Shown here in pieces: positions 1 through 7,999 of a DNA stretch of 64,000 nt. The notes below the pieces were generated by a model. The model was not told the origin of the DNA. It worked only from the letters and a program-made list of their open reading frames with translations, and did no database searches. The DNA is from an uncultured Holophaga sp. (GTDB lineage: Bacteria > Acidobacteriota > Holophagae > Holophagales > Holophagaceae), in the NCBI GenBank assembly GCA_963664825.1, contig OY761614.1:1056001-1120000 (forward strand). The letters are read 5' to 3'. Made by a program: the position numbers and the translations under genes. Every line of letters begins with the position of its first letter. Position 1 is the first letter of the stretch.

Positions 1-1
1 G

Positions 2-211
2 AAGGGGCGGGTCAAACTGCCCTGGGCCCTGCCCTCGACTGCGCCCTGCCCCGTCGGCCACTTTCGTTCCACCCCAGAAGGCGTGCTCCTGGGCTTTGCC
101 GACGGGGCCTTGCGGCTCGTGGCCCTGCACCAGGACGGGTCCCGCAGCGAACGTCCCACGGAGCACGCAGCCTGGCTCCGGGCCCTGGACATCCCCGAGG
201 CGAGAACCTAA
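2..211 (+). CDS. 3' end of a gene running in from outside the window; possibly a formyltransferase C-terminal domain
   Basis: Open frame 2 reads KGRVKLPWALP...GVLLGFADGALRLVALHQDG...ART* with TAA at 209-211; weak resemblance to Fmt/ArnA C-terminal domain. Confidence 0.35.
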   Translation, partial: KGRVKLPWALPSTAPCPVGHFRSTPEGVLLGFADGALRLVALHQDGSRSERPTEHAAWLRALDIPEART

Positions 212-241
212 CTTGGGTTCCTTCGTCCCGGGAGGTCAACC

Positions 242-556
242 ATGAAGCGTCTCACCGCCCTGTTGCTGGTGCCTTCCATCCTTCTGGTGGCAAGCGATGG
301 GGCGCCGAAGAAGCCCTCCCGCAGGGGAGGCCCTGTCGGTTCAACCCGAGAGGCCAAGGCCATCGCCGAGCAGGAAACCGGCGGCAAGGCTCTCAGTGCT
401 CGCCGGATCCCCCTCAATGGCGCCTCGGGAGGCTGGGAAGTGGATGTCCACATGCCCAGGGAGAGCCAGGGCTGGCGCTGCATCATCGACGCCGACACCC
501 ATTCGGTCCACACCAAGGACCGCATCCCCAATCCCCCGTTGAAGCCTCGGCGCTGA
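242..556 (+). CDS. PepSY-domain exported protein
   Basis: Signal peptide MKRLTALLLVPSILL; REAKAIAE...GG...WEVDV...IIDADT PepSY pattern; GGAGG RBS upstream. Confidence 0.7.
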   Translation: MKRLTALLLVPSILLVASDGAPKKPSRRGGPVGSTREAKAIAEQETGGKALSARRIPLNGASGGWEVDVHMPRESQGWRCIIDADTHSVHTKDRIPNPPLKPRR

Positions 557-669
557 GCCCCGTTCGGCTCCCTCTTCCCTCCTCTCGGCGAGGGAAAGCA
601 CATCCTCACATCCCACCTTGACCGGACGCTTACACTTGTCCTGCGGCGGAGGTCGCTTCGGAGGTCAAA

Positions 670-1716
670 ATGGGTTTGATGGACTGGGGCAAGGCCCAAT
701 TCCTCGATATTCTCGAGTGGCTGGACGACTCCAACGACACCATGGCCTGGCGCTTCCCCATGCGCGGCCAGGAGATCCAGAATGGCGGCAAGCTGGTGGT
801 GCGCGAAAGCCAGGAGGCGGTCTTCGTCAACGAGGGCCAGTTTGCGGACTGCTTCACACCGGGCACCCACAATCTGACCACACAGAACCTGCCGGTTTTG
901 GCGACACTCAAGGGCTGGAAGTACGGCTTCGAGAGCCCCTTCAAGAGCGATGTCTACTTCCTGAACACCAAGCTTTTCAATGATCTGGGATGGGGCACGC
1001 CCAACCCGATCATGATGCGCGATGCGGATTTCGGTATGCTGCGCATCCGCGCCTTCGGCATCTACTCCATCCGGGTGAAGGACTCCAAGAGCTTCCTGAA
1101 GAATGTCGTGGGCACCAACGGCCTGTTCACCGTGGCTGATATCCAGGAGCAGCTGCGCAAGAGCATCATCAGCAAGTTCACGGACGCCCTCGGCGAAGCC
1201 AAGATCCCCGCCCTGGATCTGGCGGCCAAGTACGACGAGATCAGCGATCTGCTGCGCCAGAAGATGGACCCCGAATTCCAGACCATGGGACTGGAGTGCT
1301 CCAAGCTCTTCATCGAGAACATCAGCCTCCCCGAAGAAGTCGAGGCCATGATGGACAAGCGCACCAGCGTGGGCATGATGGCCCCGGTCATGGGCGCCTA
1401 CACCCAGATGCAGGTGGCCGATTCCATCCCGCTGGCCGCCTCCAACCCCGGCGGCGTGGCCGGCATGGGCATGGGCGTGGGCCTGGGCTTCGGCATGGGC
1501 AACATGATGGGCAACCAGATGGGCCAGGCCGCTGCCCAGATGAACCAGGGCCTCGGTCAGACGGGCCAGGCGGCACCCATTCCCGCCGCTCCGACCAAGA
1601 CACTCAAGGAAGAACTGACGGATCTGAAGGATCTCTTCGATTCCCAGCTCATCACCCAGGCCGAGTTCGACGCCCAGCGCGGCACCATCATGAAGAAGCA
1701 CGGGATGGGCGTGTAG
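670..1716 (+). CDS. SPFH/band-7 domain protein (YdjI-like) with C-terminal SHOCT-like helix pair
   Basis: LVVRESQEAVFVNEG, GFESPFKSDVYF and WGTPNPIMMRD motifs; C-terminal LKDLFDSQLITQAEFD; GGAGG RBS. Confidence 0.85.
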   Translation: MGLMDWGKAQFLDILEWLDDSNDTMAWRFPMRGQEIQNGGKLVVRESQEAVFVNEGQFADCFTPGTHNLTTQNLPVLATLKGWKYGFESPFKSDVYFLNTKLFNDLGWGTPNPIMMRDADFGMLRIRAFGIYSIRVKDSKSFLKNVVGTNGLFTVADIQEQLRKSIISKFTDALGEAKIPALDLAAKYDEISDLLRQKMDPEFQTMGLECSKLFIENISLPEEVEAMMDKRTSVGMMAPVMGAYTQMQVADSIPLAASNPGGVAGMGMGVGLGFGMGNMMGNQMGQAAAQMNQGLGQTGQAAPIPAAPTKTLKEELTDLKDLFDSQLITQAEFDAQRGTIMKKHGMGV

Positions 1717-1734
1717 CTTCCCCCACACTTCGCA

Positions 1735-2784
1735 TCAGCGCTCCAGGAGGATGGAATCCTGGAGCGCTTTTACGTGATCCAGCAGGAGGTCCGGAGCAAG
1801 GACGGGTCTGTCTTGGGGGGCTGGCCTAGCCTCGATGCGCGAGAGGATGGCAGGGCCCCAAGGCTCCCAGGCATCCAGTCCCAAACGGTCTGCCAACGGG
1901 CGCAACACGGCCTCTGGGCTCGCCACAAGCGCCTCGTACGAGATCGCCGATTGTTCGCGAAAAACGCCTTCGGCCTGCAACTGCCCGATCAAATCGCCGT
2001 AGGCAGACAGGGCCTTTCCGAGGAAGTCCTCGATCTCACCCCCGGGAGCGTTCCAGAGACCATAGCGCTCGGCCATGGCCCGCCACATGACCACATTGGA
2101 TCGCCAGAGTTCCTGGGGCGAGCGCAGGATCCACAGGAAGCGCGCCCGCGGATACCGAGCCGCGAGGGCCCTGTAGCGGAAGAGATGGTTCGGCGATTTC
2201 ACGACCATCCGAGCCTGATCCTTCCTCCGGCACCAGGAGAGAAAACACTCCAAGGATTTCAGCCAACTGGTATCGCTCGAACTCCAGAACCCCGGATCCA
2301 GGAGGGCCTCCAGCTCTGGAAGGCGGCGGGGATCCAGGAAGCCCCGGTAGACACTGGGCACCCCCATGGCCATCAGGGCGAATTCATCCTCCTGGGGCGA
2401 ATCATTCGAGACCAGCACACGATCCATGGGCCTTTGGATCGCCCCAGAGGAGGCCTTCCCCCGGCTGAGCAGCAGGGCCGAAGGATCCATGCACTGCCAG
2501 GTGCGGGGCGCGCCGCACCCTGGAGCTTCCGTGAGCAGTTCGTGCAGCAGAGTCGTGCCCGAACGCCAGAATCCCAGGATGAAGATCAGGCCCTCACCCT
2601 CCGGAAAGGGGAAGGGCTGGGTGCCGGGCCCCGTGCCCCGCAGGAGGGCGAAGTGAGGCTCCAACCAGAGGGCCCGCCAACGGTAGAGCCAGAGGACCGA
2701 GGGAGGAACGCGATCGGGACGGCCCCCCTGGCGCGCCCAATGCACCAAGTCCCGCCCGGCGGCCAGGAGGGGGCGAGGATTCAA
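1735..2784 (-). CDS. PAPS-dependent sulfotransferase (Sulfotransfer_3, Stf3-like)
   Basis: 5'-PSB motif IFILGFWRSGTTLLHELL, SPQEDEF, KSPNH, 3'-PB ILRSP..LWRS; TTG start at 2784 overlaps the upstream TGA. Confidence 0.85.
   Translation of the reverse strand: MNPRPLLAAGRDLVHWARQGGRPDRVPPSVLWLYRWRALWLEPHFALLRGTGPGTQPFPFPEGEGLIFILGFWRSGTTLLHELLTEAPGCGAPRTWQCMDPSALLLSRGKASSGAIQRPMDRVLVSNDSPQEDEFALMAMGVPSVYRGFLDPRRLPELEALLDPGFWSSSDTSWLKSLECFLSWCRRKDQARMVVKSPNHLFRYRALAARYPRARFLWILRSPQELWRSNVVMWRAMAERYGLWNAPGGEIEDFLGKALSAYGDLIGQLQAEGVFREQSAISYEALVASPEAVLRPLADRLGLDAWEPWGPAILSRIEARPAPQDRPVLAPDLLLDHVKALQDSILLER
1737..1771 (+). terminator. Intrinsic terminator after the SPFH gene, overlapping the 3' end of the convergent sulfotransferase
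   Basis: AGCGCTCCAGGA-8 nt-TCCTGGAGCGCT followed by TTT. Confidence 0.75.
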
Positions 2785-4673
2785 GGCGCCTCCGGTTTCA
2801 GGCCTCTCTTCGTGAGTTCCTCCAGGATCCGCCGGTGCATGGGGCCCACTATTTCCGGCCGGCCTTCGATCATGTTCTGATTCTCGTTCGGATCCCGGTC
2901 CAGATCGTAGAGCTCGCGCCGGGGCCAGGGCTGGGCCCAGGGGCCGAAGTGGACCACGTATTTCCAGTTCCCCTGGCGCATGGCCAGCGAGAAGGTGGGC
3001 TTCCTGGTGCTGAGATCCCTGTTCATGGAGAAGGTGGGCAGGCCTTCGGCCTTGAGGGGATAGGGCTGGCCTTCCATGCCCAGGGGAATGGGGAGACCCG
3101 CCATGTGCAGCAGGGTCGGCGCCAGATCTGCCTGTTCGAAGAGCCGCGAGACTCGCTTGGCCCCTGTGTGCCCCGGAGGCTTGATCAGGCAAGGCACGCG
3201 CACCAGGTCCTCCGTGAGTAGGGGGCCGCCGTGGCCCCCATAACCATGGGAGAAGGATTCTCCATGGTCGGCGCTCACCACCACGAGGCTGCCCTCGAAG
3301 CGCCCGTGGGCCTTCAGCCAATCCAGCAACTGACCCACGGCGGCATCCACGTAGGAGACGGCCTCGTCGTAGCGCCCCTCCAGGAGCTTCTGGCGTTCGG
3401 GATTCCCCCCAGCCGCAAACCGGTAATCAGCGGCGCTCTCCCGGACCCCCCGGACCAAAGAGGAAGGTTCGAAGCGCCCAAGGAAGGGATCCGGTGTCGC
3501 ATAGGGATCATGGGGCGGCACGAGATGGAGCCAGAAGAAGCGCGGACGGCCTGTGGGCGCCCGCCCGAGCATCTCTTCAGCCCAGGCGAGAGGAAGGCGT
3601 GTCCTGTCCCGGGAGGGTGACTGGAACAATGAGGGAACCCCCTGCTGTAGGTACAGTGCAGGCCCCACCCCATTGGCGAATACTGAAGACGGAAGGAGAT
3701 CAAGGCCAACCGTCGTATGGAATAAGCCGCCTTGCACCAGCACCCGTTCGGTACAACGCGTCGGCGTCCCCTGCCAGGCGTGATCGGCAAAGGCATTCGA
3801 GGAGACCGTGCGGATCTCATATCCCGCCCGAGCGAGACAACCCAGGAGGTTCTGGTTCTCCCTGACGCTCCGGAGGGGACGGCCCAAATCTCCGGCATGG
3901 GTCCAGGGCCTGGCCCCGTTCAAGAGACTGGCGAAACCTGGGCGGGTCCAGTTGGCATTGGCGTAGAACCCTTCGAAGAGGATGGCATCCTGGGCGAAGG
4001 CATCCAGGTGGGGACTCGTGGGCCGGGAATATCCGTAGCAGGACAGATGACGGGAGGAGAGGGCGTCCAGGGTCACCAGGATGATATCGGGCGCACTCCG
4101 GGACAAGGCGACGGGCCCACGGCCCTGGACCCGTTTCTGTTGGATCAAGGCCTCCTGGGTCAGGAATCCCAGGGCCAGAGGCAGGATGCAGAGGGCAATC
4201 CAGCGGGGGATCACCAGGCACCGCGCCAGGAAGAGGCCCCTCCAGACAAGGCCCAGGGCGCCTAGGACGAGGAATACCAGAACGCCTCGCTTGATCCAGA
4301 GGGGCGCGGTCTCGGATCCCATCCAGGCGAGCTTGATCGCCAACGCCGTCACGGCCAGGATCAGCAGATTGGCCCCATGGCCCATTCCCCAGCTCACAGC
4401 CCGAGGATAGGGCACACGGGCAAACAGCGAGAGGGCGCCGCCCAGGTAGATCAGGAGCGCCACCGCGAGAGCCGCCGGGAGGAAATTCAGGAGGACCGAC
4501 GCCCCCAAGGCCTGGCACTTCTCCAGAGGGGTGGTGCTCCCCAGCATCACCCAACCCCGCAGCATCCACTCCAGTGGAAGCCAGTAGCCCAGGAAGACCG
4601 TGACGAGGGGCATGGGGGATAGATCATGCTCCAACAGCGCATTCAGGCGATGGATCCCATCACGCAGTGTCAT
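2781..4673 (-). CDS. Membrane-anchored sulfatase-like hydrolase/transferase (alkaline phosphatase superfamily)
   Basis: About five N-terminal hydrophobic helices, then PDIILVTLDAL, ANWTRPGFAS, WLHLVPPHDPY, SADHGE, ELYDLDRDPNE. Confidence 0.85.
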   Translation of the reverse strand: MTLRDGIHRLNALLEHDLSPMPLVTVFLGYWLPLEWMLRGWVMLGSTTPLEKCQALGASVLLNFLPAALAVALLIYLGGALSLFARVPYPRAVSWGMGHGANLLILAVTALAIKLAWMGSETAPLWIKRGVLVFLVLGALGLVWRGLFLARCLVIPRWIALCILPLALGFLTQEALIQQKRVQGRGPVALSRSAPDIILVTLDALSSRHLSCYGYSRPTSPHLDAFAQDAILFEGFYANANWTRPGFASLLNGARPWTHAGDLGRPLRSVRENQNLLGCLARAGYEIRTVSSNAFADHAWQGTPTRCTERVLVQGGLFHTTVGLDLLPSSVFANGVGPALYLQQGVPSLFQSPSRDRTRLPLAWAEEMLGRAPTGRPRFFWLHLVPPHDPYATPDPFLGRFEPSSLVRGVRESAADYRFAAGGNPERQKLLEGRYDEAVSYVDAAVGQLLDWLKAHGRFEGSLVVVSADHGESFSHGYGGHGGPLLTEDLVRVPCLIKPPGHTGAKRVSRLFEQADLAPTLLHMAGLPIPLGMEGQPYPLKAEGLPTFSMNRDLSTRKPTFSLAMRQGNWKYVVHFGPWAQPWPRRELYDLDRDPNENQNMIEGRPEIVGPMHRRILEELTKRGLKPEAP

Positions 4674-4897
4674 GGTTGGCTCTCGTCATCGGGCTTCGTG
4701 CGATGAAAGGCCCTGCGGATGAGGCCTCCGATGCGGTGCTTGAACTGGATTCCGAGGACGGAGACCAAAATGAAGACGGGGGCCAGCACGCGCATGAGCG
4801 TCCCGGCACTGCCCGGATCCACATAGGCCATGGCATGCAGCTCCTGGGCGAATCCCAGGAGCATGACCGAGAGGAGCACCTTAGACAGCTTCGACAA
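4670..4897 (-). CDS. Small membrane protein: signal peptide, AYVDPGSAG motif, TM helix, basic tail
   Basis: GGGAGGGGG RBS before TTG at 4897; stop overlaps the sulfatase ATG (ATGA). Confidence 0.65.
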   Translation of the reverse strand: MSKLSKVLLSVMLLGFAQELHAMAYVDPGSAGTLMRVLAPVFILVSVLGIQFKHRIGGLIRRAFHRTKPDDESQP

Positions 4898-5062
4898 TTC
4901 CCCCTCCCGGAGAAAGGAAGGTGGAACACCCCAAGACCCGCACATAGCACGTCATTGTTCCCCCCGCCTGTCATGGATGGCGTGAAGTGTACGCCTCACT
5001 TCACATGGGGGGAATCGTTTTCACTGCTTCTTTAGCGCGCCAGGATTTCCTTGCCCAGCCCT

Positions 5063-6355
5063 TCAGCCCCAGACCTGCCGGCCTCCCACCCAGGTGCCCA
5101 GGATCTTCCCGGGGAGTTCCCAGCCCTGGAAGGGCGTGTTGAAGGCCTTGCTCTGGACGAAGGCGCGATCCACGCGGATCTTCCCGTCCAGGTCCACCAG
5201 CGTGAAATCCGCGGGATTCCCCACGGCCAGGCTGCCGAGGCCCTTCCGATCCAGATGGAAGGCCCGGGCTGGGCCCGTGGTGAGCAGTTCGATGGCTCGC
5301 GCAAGGGAGATGACCCTGCGGTTCACCAACAACTCGAGGGTGAGCGGCAGGGCCGTCTCCAGGCCAATAACGCCGAAGGCGGCCTGGGGCAGCTCGCATT
5401 CCTTGTCGTCCCAGGCATGGGGCGCGTGATCGGTGGCAATGGCGTCCACCGTACCATCCGCCAGGCCCTCCAGGATGGCCTCGATATCGGCCTGGGTGCG
5501 AAGGGGGGGGTTCATCTTGAAGTTCGGGGCGAACTTCGTCAGCTCCTTATCCGTGAGGGCAAAGTGGTGGGGCGTCACCTCGCAGGTGACCTTCAGGCCC
5601 CGCCCCTTGGCCGCCCGCACCATGGCGAGGCTGCTCTTGGTGGAGAGATGAGCCAGATGGAGATGGCCGCCGGTGTACTCCGCCAGCACCAGATCCCGGG
5701 CCACCATGACTTCCTCTGCGGCGCTGGGGATGCCCAGGCATCCGAGACGGGCACTCACGGAGCCCTCGTTCATGTAACCTTTGCCCGAGAGATTCGTGTC
5801 CTCCTCGTGGGCCACGATGGGCGCATCGAGCCAGGCCGTGTATTTGAGGGCCCGGCGCATGATGGCGGCGTTCATCACGGACTTGCCGTCATCGCTGAAG
5901 GCCACACAGCCCGCCGCCTGGAGCGTGCCATAGTCCGCCAACTCCTCGCCCTCCATGCCCCGCGTCAGGGCGCCGATGGGAAAGTAGCGGCAGAGATTGG
6001 CCCGGGCCGCGCGGGTGAGCATCATTTCCGTGATGGCCACGGAGTCATTGACCGGCTTGGTATTGGCCATGGCGCATACGGAGGTGAAGCCCCCGGCGAC
6101 GGCGGCGCGGCTGCCGGATTCGATATTTTCCTTGGCGGTCTGGCCCGGCTCCCGGAAGTGGACATGCAGATCGATGAAGCCCGGCACCAGGAGTCGGCCT
6201 CCCGCGTCCAGCACCTCGGCACCCTGGGCTTGGGCGTCAGTCTCCGCCCCTGCGCCAATGGCCTTGACCACGCCATCCACCACCAGCAGGGATCCGAGGC
6301 CATCGAGCTTCTGGAGGGGGTCCAGGATGCGGGCGTTCTTCACGAGCAGGGACAT
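5063..6355 (-). CDS. pyrC: Dihydroorotase
   Basis: PGFIDLHVHFREPG, CEVTPHH, KMNPPLR, IATDHAPH, SKAFNTPF. Confidence 0.93.
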   Translation of the reverse strand: MSLLVKNARILDPLQKLDGLGSLLVVDGVVKAIGAGAETDAQAQGAEVLDAGGRLLVPGFIDLHVHFREPGQTAKENIESGSRAAVAGGFTSVCAMANTKPVNDSVAITEMMLTRAARANLCRYFPIGALTRGMEGEELADYGTLQAAGCVAFSDDGKSVMNAAIMRRALKYTAWLDAPIVAHEEDTNLSGKGYMNEGSVSARLGCLGIPSAAEEVMVARDLVLAEYTGGHLHLAHLSTKSSLAMVRAAKGRGLKVTCEVTPHHFALTDKELTKFAPNFKMNPPLRTQADIEAILEGLADGTVDAIATDHAPHAWDDKECELPQAAFGVIGLETALPLTLELLVNRRVISLARAIELLTTGPARAFHLDRKGLGSLAVGNPADFTLVDLDGKIRVDRAFVQSKAFNTPFQGWELPGKILGTWVGGRQVWG

Positions 6356-6416
6356 GGGCACCTCGGCGGAAGGCTCCATGGTACCGCGCCCGGCCCTGTC
6401 ATGGCGATGTCGCGGA

Positions 6417-7382
6417 TCAATGATGGTGCTCTTCGGCCTCGTGCCTATGGCAAAACCTGTGATCATGGCCTTCTGCCATGGCCGGAGTCTCGAAGTGGAT
6501 GGTCAGATGGCGAACATCGAAATCCTCCTTGAGCACCCCTTCGATGGCCACTAGGTAGCGCGAGGTCTCATCCAGGCGCTGGGCTTCCACGGCGATGTGC
6601 GCTGTCGCCACCACGAGATGGCTGCAGACTCGCCAGGAGCGCAGGTCCTCCACACCCAGCACGCCCGGGATCTCCAGCAGCCGCTGGCGAGCCAAGGCAT
6701 GATCGAAGGCCGCCCGATGCATGAGGATGCCGAAGGCGTCCCACAATAATCCGAAGGCCCCCCGCAGAATCACCAGCACGATCACCAGGGCGATGACGGG
6801 ATCCACCCACCACCAGCCAGTGAGGCGCATCAGAATCATGGAGACCACCAGGGCGATGCTCGTGAAGGCATCCGAGGCCGCATGGACGTAGGCCGCCCTG
6901 AGACTCGCGTCCCGCTGGAGCAACCCTTTCTGCTTCGGCCTCAGGGCCCAGGTGGCCGCCAGGTTCAGGACCAGGCCACTCAAGGCGAAGACCAACACCC
7001 AGCCCACCTGGATGGGTTGAGCGTGGCCAAAGCGATGGAAGGCCTCCAGGGAGACAGCCCCAGCCAGCACCAGCAGCATGCCGGCACCGAAGATGGTATT
7101 GAAGACCTCCAGCCGGTGCCAGCCGTAGGCATAGCGATCACTGGGCTCCCGGCCATTGGCGACCACCAGGCTCGTGAGGCCCACCAGATTCACAATCACG
7201 TCATTGAGGTTCTCCAGGCTATCGGAGATGAGCCCCAGGGAACCCGTCCACAGCCCGCCAATACCCTGGCAGAGCGCGCTGAACCCGAAGATCGCCGCAC
7301 TCCAGGCCAGCCGCCTGGTGGTCCCGGGTTCCTGATGCGCCTGCCCGCCTCGTTCCTGCCCCCTCAGGGTCTGCCGCGCCAC
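6417..7382 (-). CDS. Cation diffusion facilitator (CzcD/ZitB-like) transporter
   Basis: TGSLGLISDS, YAYGWHRLE, RAAYVHAASD, DPVIAL; His-rich C-terminus; start chosen at GTG after GGAGG. Confidence 0.85.
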   Translation of the reverse strand: MARQTLRGQERGGQAHQEPGTTRRLAWSAAIFGFSALCQGIGGLWTGSLGLISDSLENLNDVIVNLVGLTSLVVANGREPSDRYAYGWHRLEVFNTIFGAGMLLVLAGAVSLEAFHRFGHAQPIQVGWVLVFALSGLVLNLAATWALRPKQKGLLQRDASLRAAYVHAASDAFTSIALVVSMILMRLTGWWWVDPVIALVIVLVILRGAFGLLWDAFGILMHRAAFDHALARQRLLEIPGVLGVEDLRSWRVCSHLVVATAHIAVEAQRLDETSRYLVAIEGVLKEDFDVRHLTIHFETPAMAEGHDHRFCHRHEAEEHHH

Positions 7383-7503
7383 ATCCACCTCCCGATACCC
7401 GGGAGTATAGCGGCGAGCCTCCCTGCCGCACCCGTGCGGGGAACGGCCCTTCAGCCTCTCGCGAAGGCGAACCCCTGACTCTGCGACTGGAGGCTCGAAC
7501 CCT

Positions 7504-7731
7504 TCACTCGACTTCGACAACTTCGATGAGTTCGTCGTCTTCCTCGGCGAAATCGCCCTCTTCCATCAGGATCTTCTTGATCCGACAGGCCTCGGGGGCG
7601 TTCACGTAGAAGGGCGTCCGAGCGGAGTCCGCCCCTTCCATGAGCACGAGCGCCTCGTCCTCCTCCACTTCCTGGCCCAGCCGGACGAACACGTCCACCA
7701 CGGTGCCCGGCCATTCCGCCCTGATGATCAT
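7504..7731 (-). CDS. Stand-alone biotinyl/lipoyl-like barrel-sandwich domain protein
   Basis: IRAEWPGTVVDVFVRLGQEVEEDEALVLME...VNAPEACRIKKILMEEGD; GGAGG RBS. Confidence 0.75.
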   Translation of the reverse strand: MIIRAEWPGTVVDVFVRLGQEVEEDEALVLMEGADSARTPFYVNAPEACRIKKILMEEGDFAEEDDELIEVVEVE

Positions 7732-7884
7732 GCAGCCTCCCGAATCTAGGGGGGAAGGTAAGGTGACGGCCCGAAAAGCGCAAGGCACCATTTTGGGAAT
7801 TCTATTCACGCCCAGGTGGGCAGCCCCCTCAAGGAAGGCGGGAGACCTACCCTCCCATGGTAAACTTTCCGGGAATATCAATCG

Positions 7885-7967
7885 CCTCGGCGGCGACCTC
7901 TGCAGGAAGCCCACCTCCCCATCAATCTCGATCTGGCGGAGGGTTTCATGGAGCGATCGCGCCGGGG
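7885..7967 (+). promoter_or_regulatory. Long imperfect stem-loop in the pnp 5' leader
   Basis: Nested pairings CCTCGGCG/CGCCGGGG, GCGA/TCGC, GAAGCCC/GGGTTTC, CTCC/GGAG. Confidence 0.55.
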
Positions 7968-7999
7968 ACATGAGCGGGGCCATTACCCCAGGAGACTTC

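Noticed and set aside
2785..3321. N-terminal extension of the sulfotransferase ORF in the track (and similar extensions on pnp, modC, kinase, glnA-like and protease 2 ORFs)
   Set aside because: They overlap neighbouring genes or leaders; downstream starts with RBS or coupled stop/start fit the family lengths better
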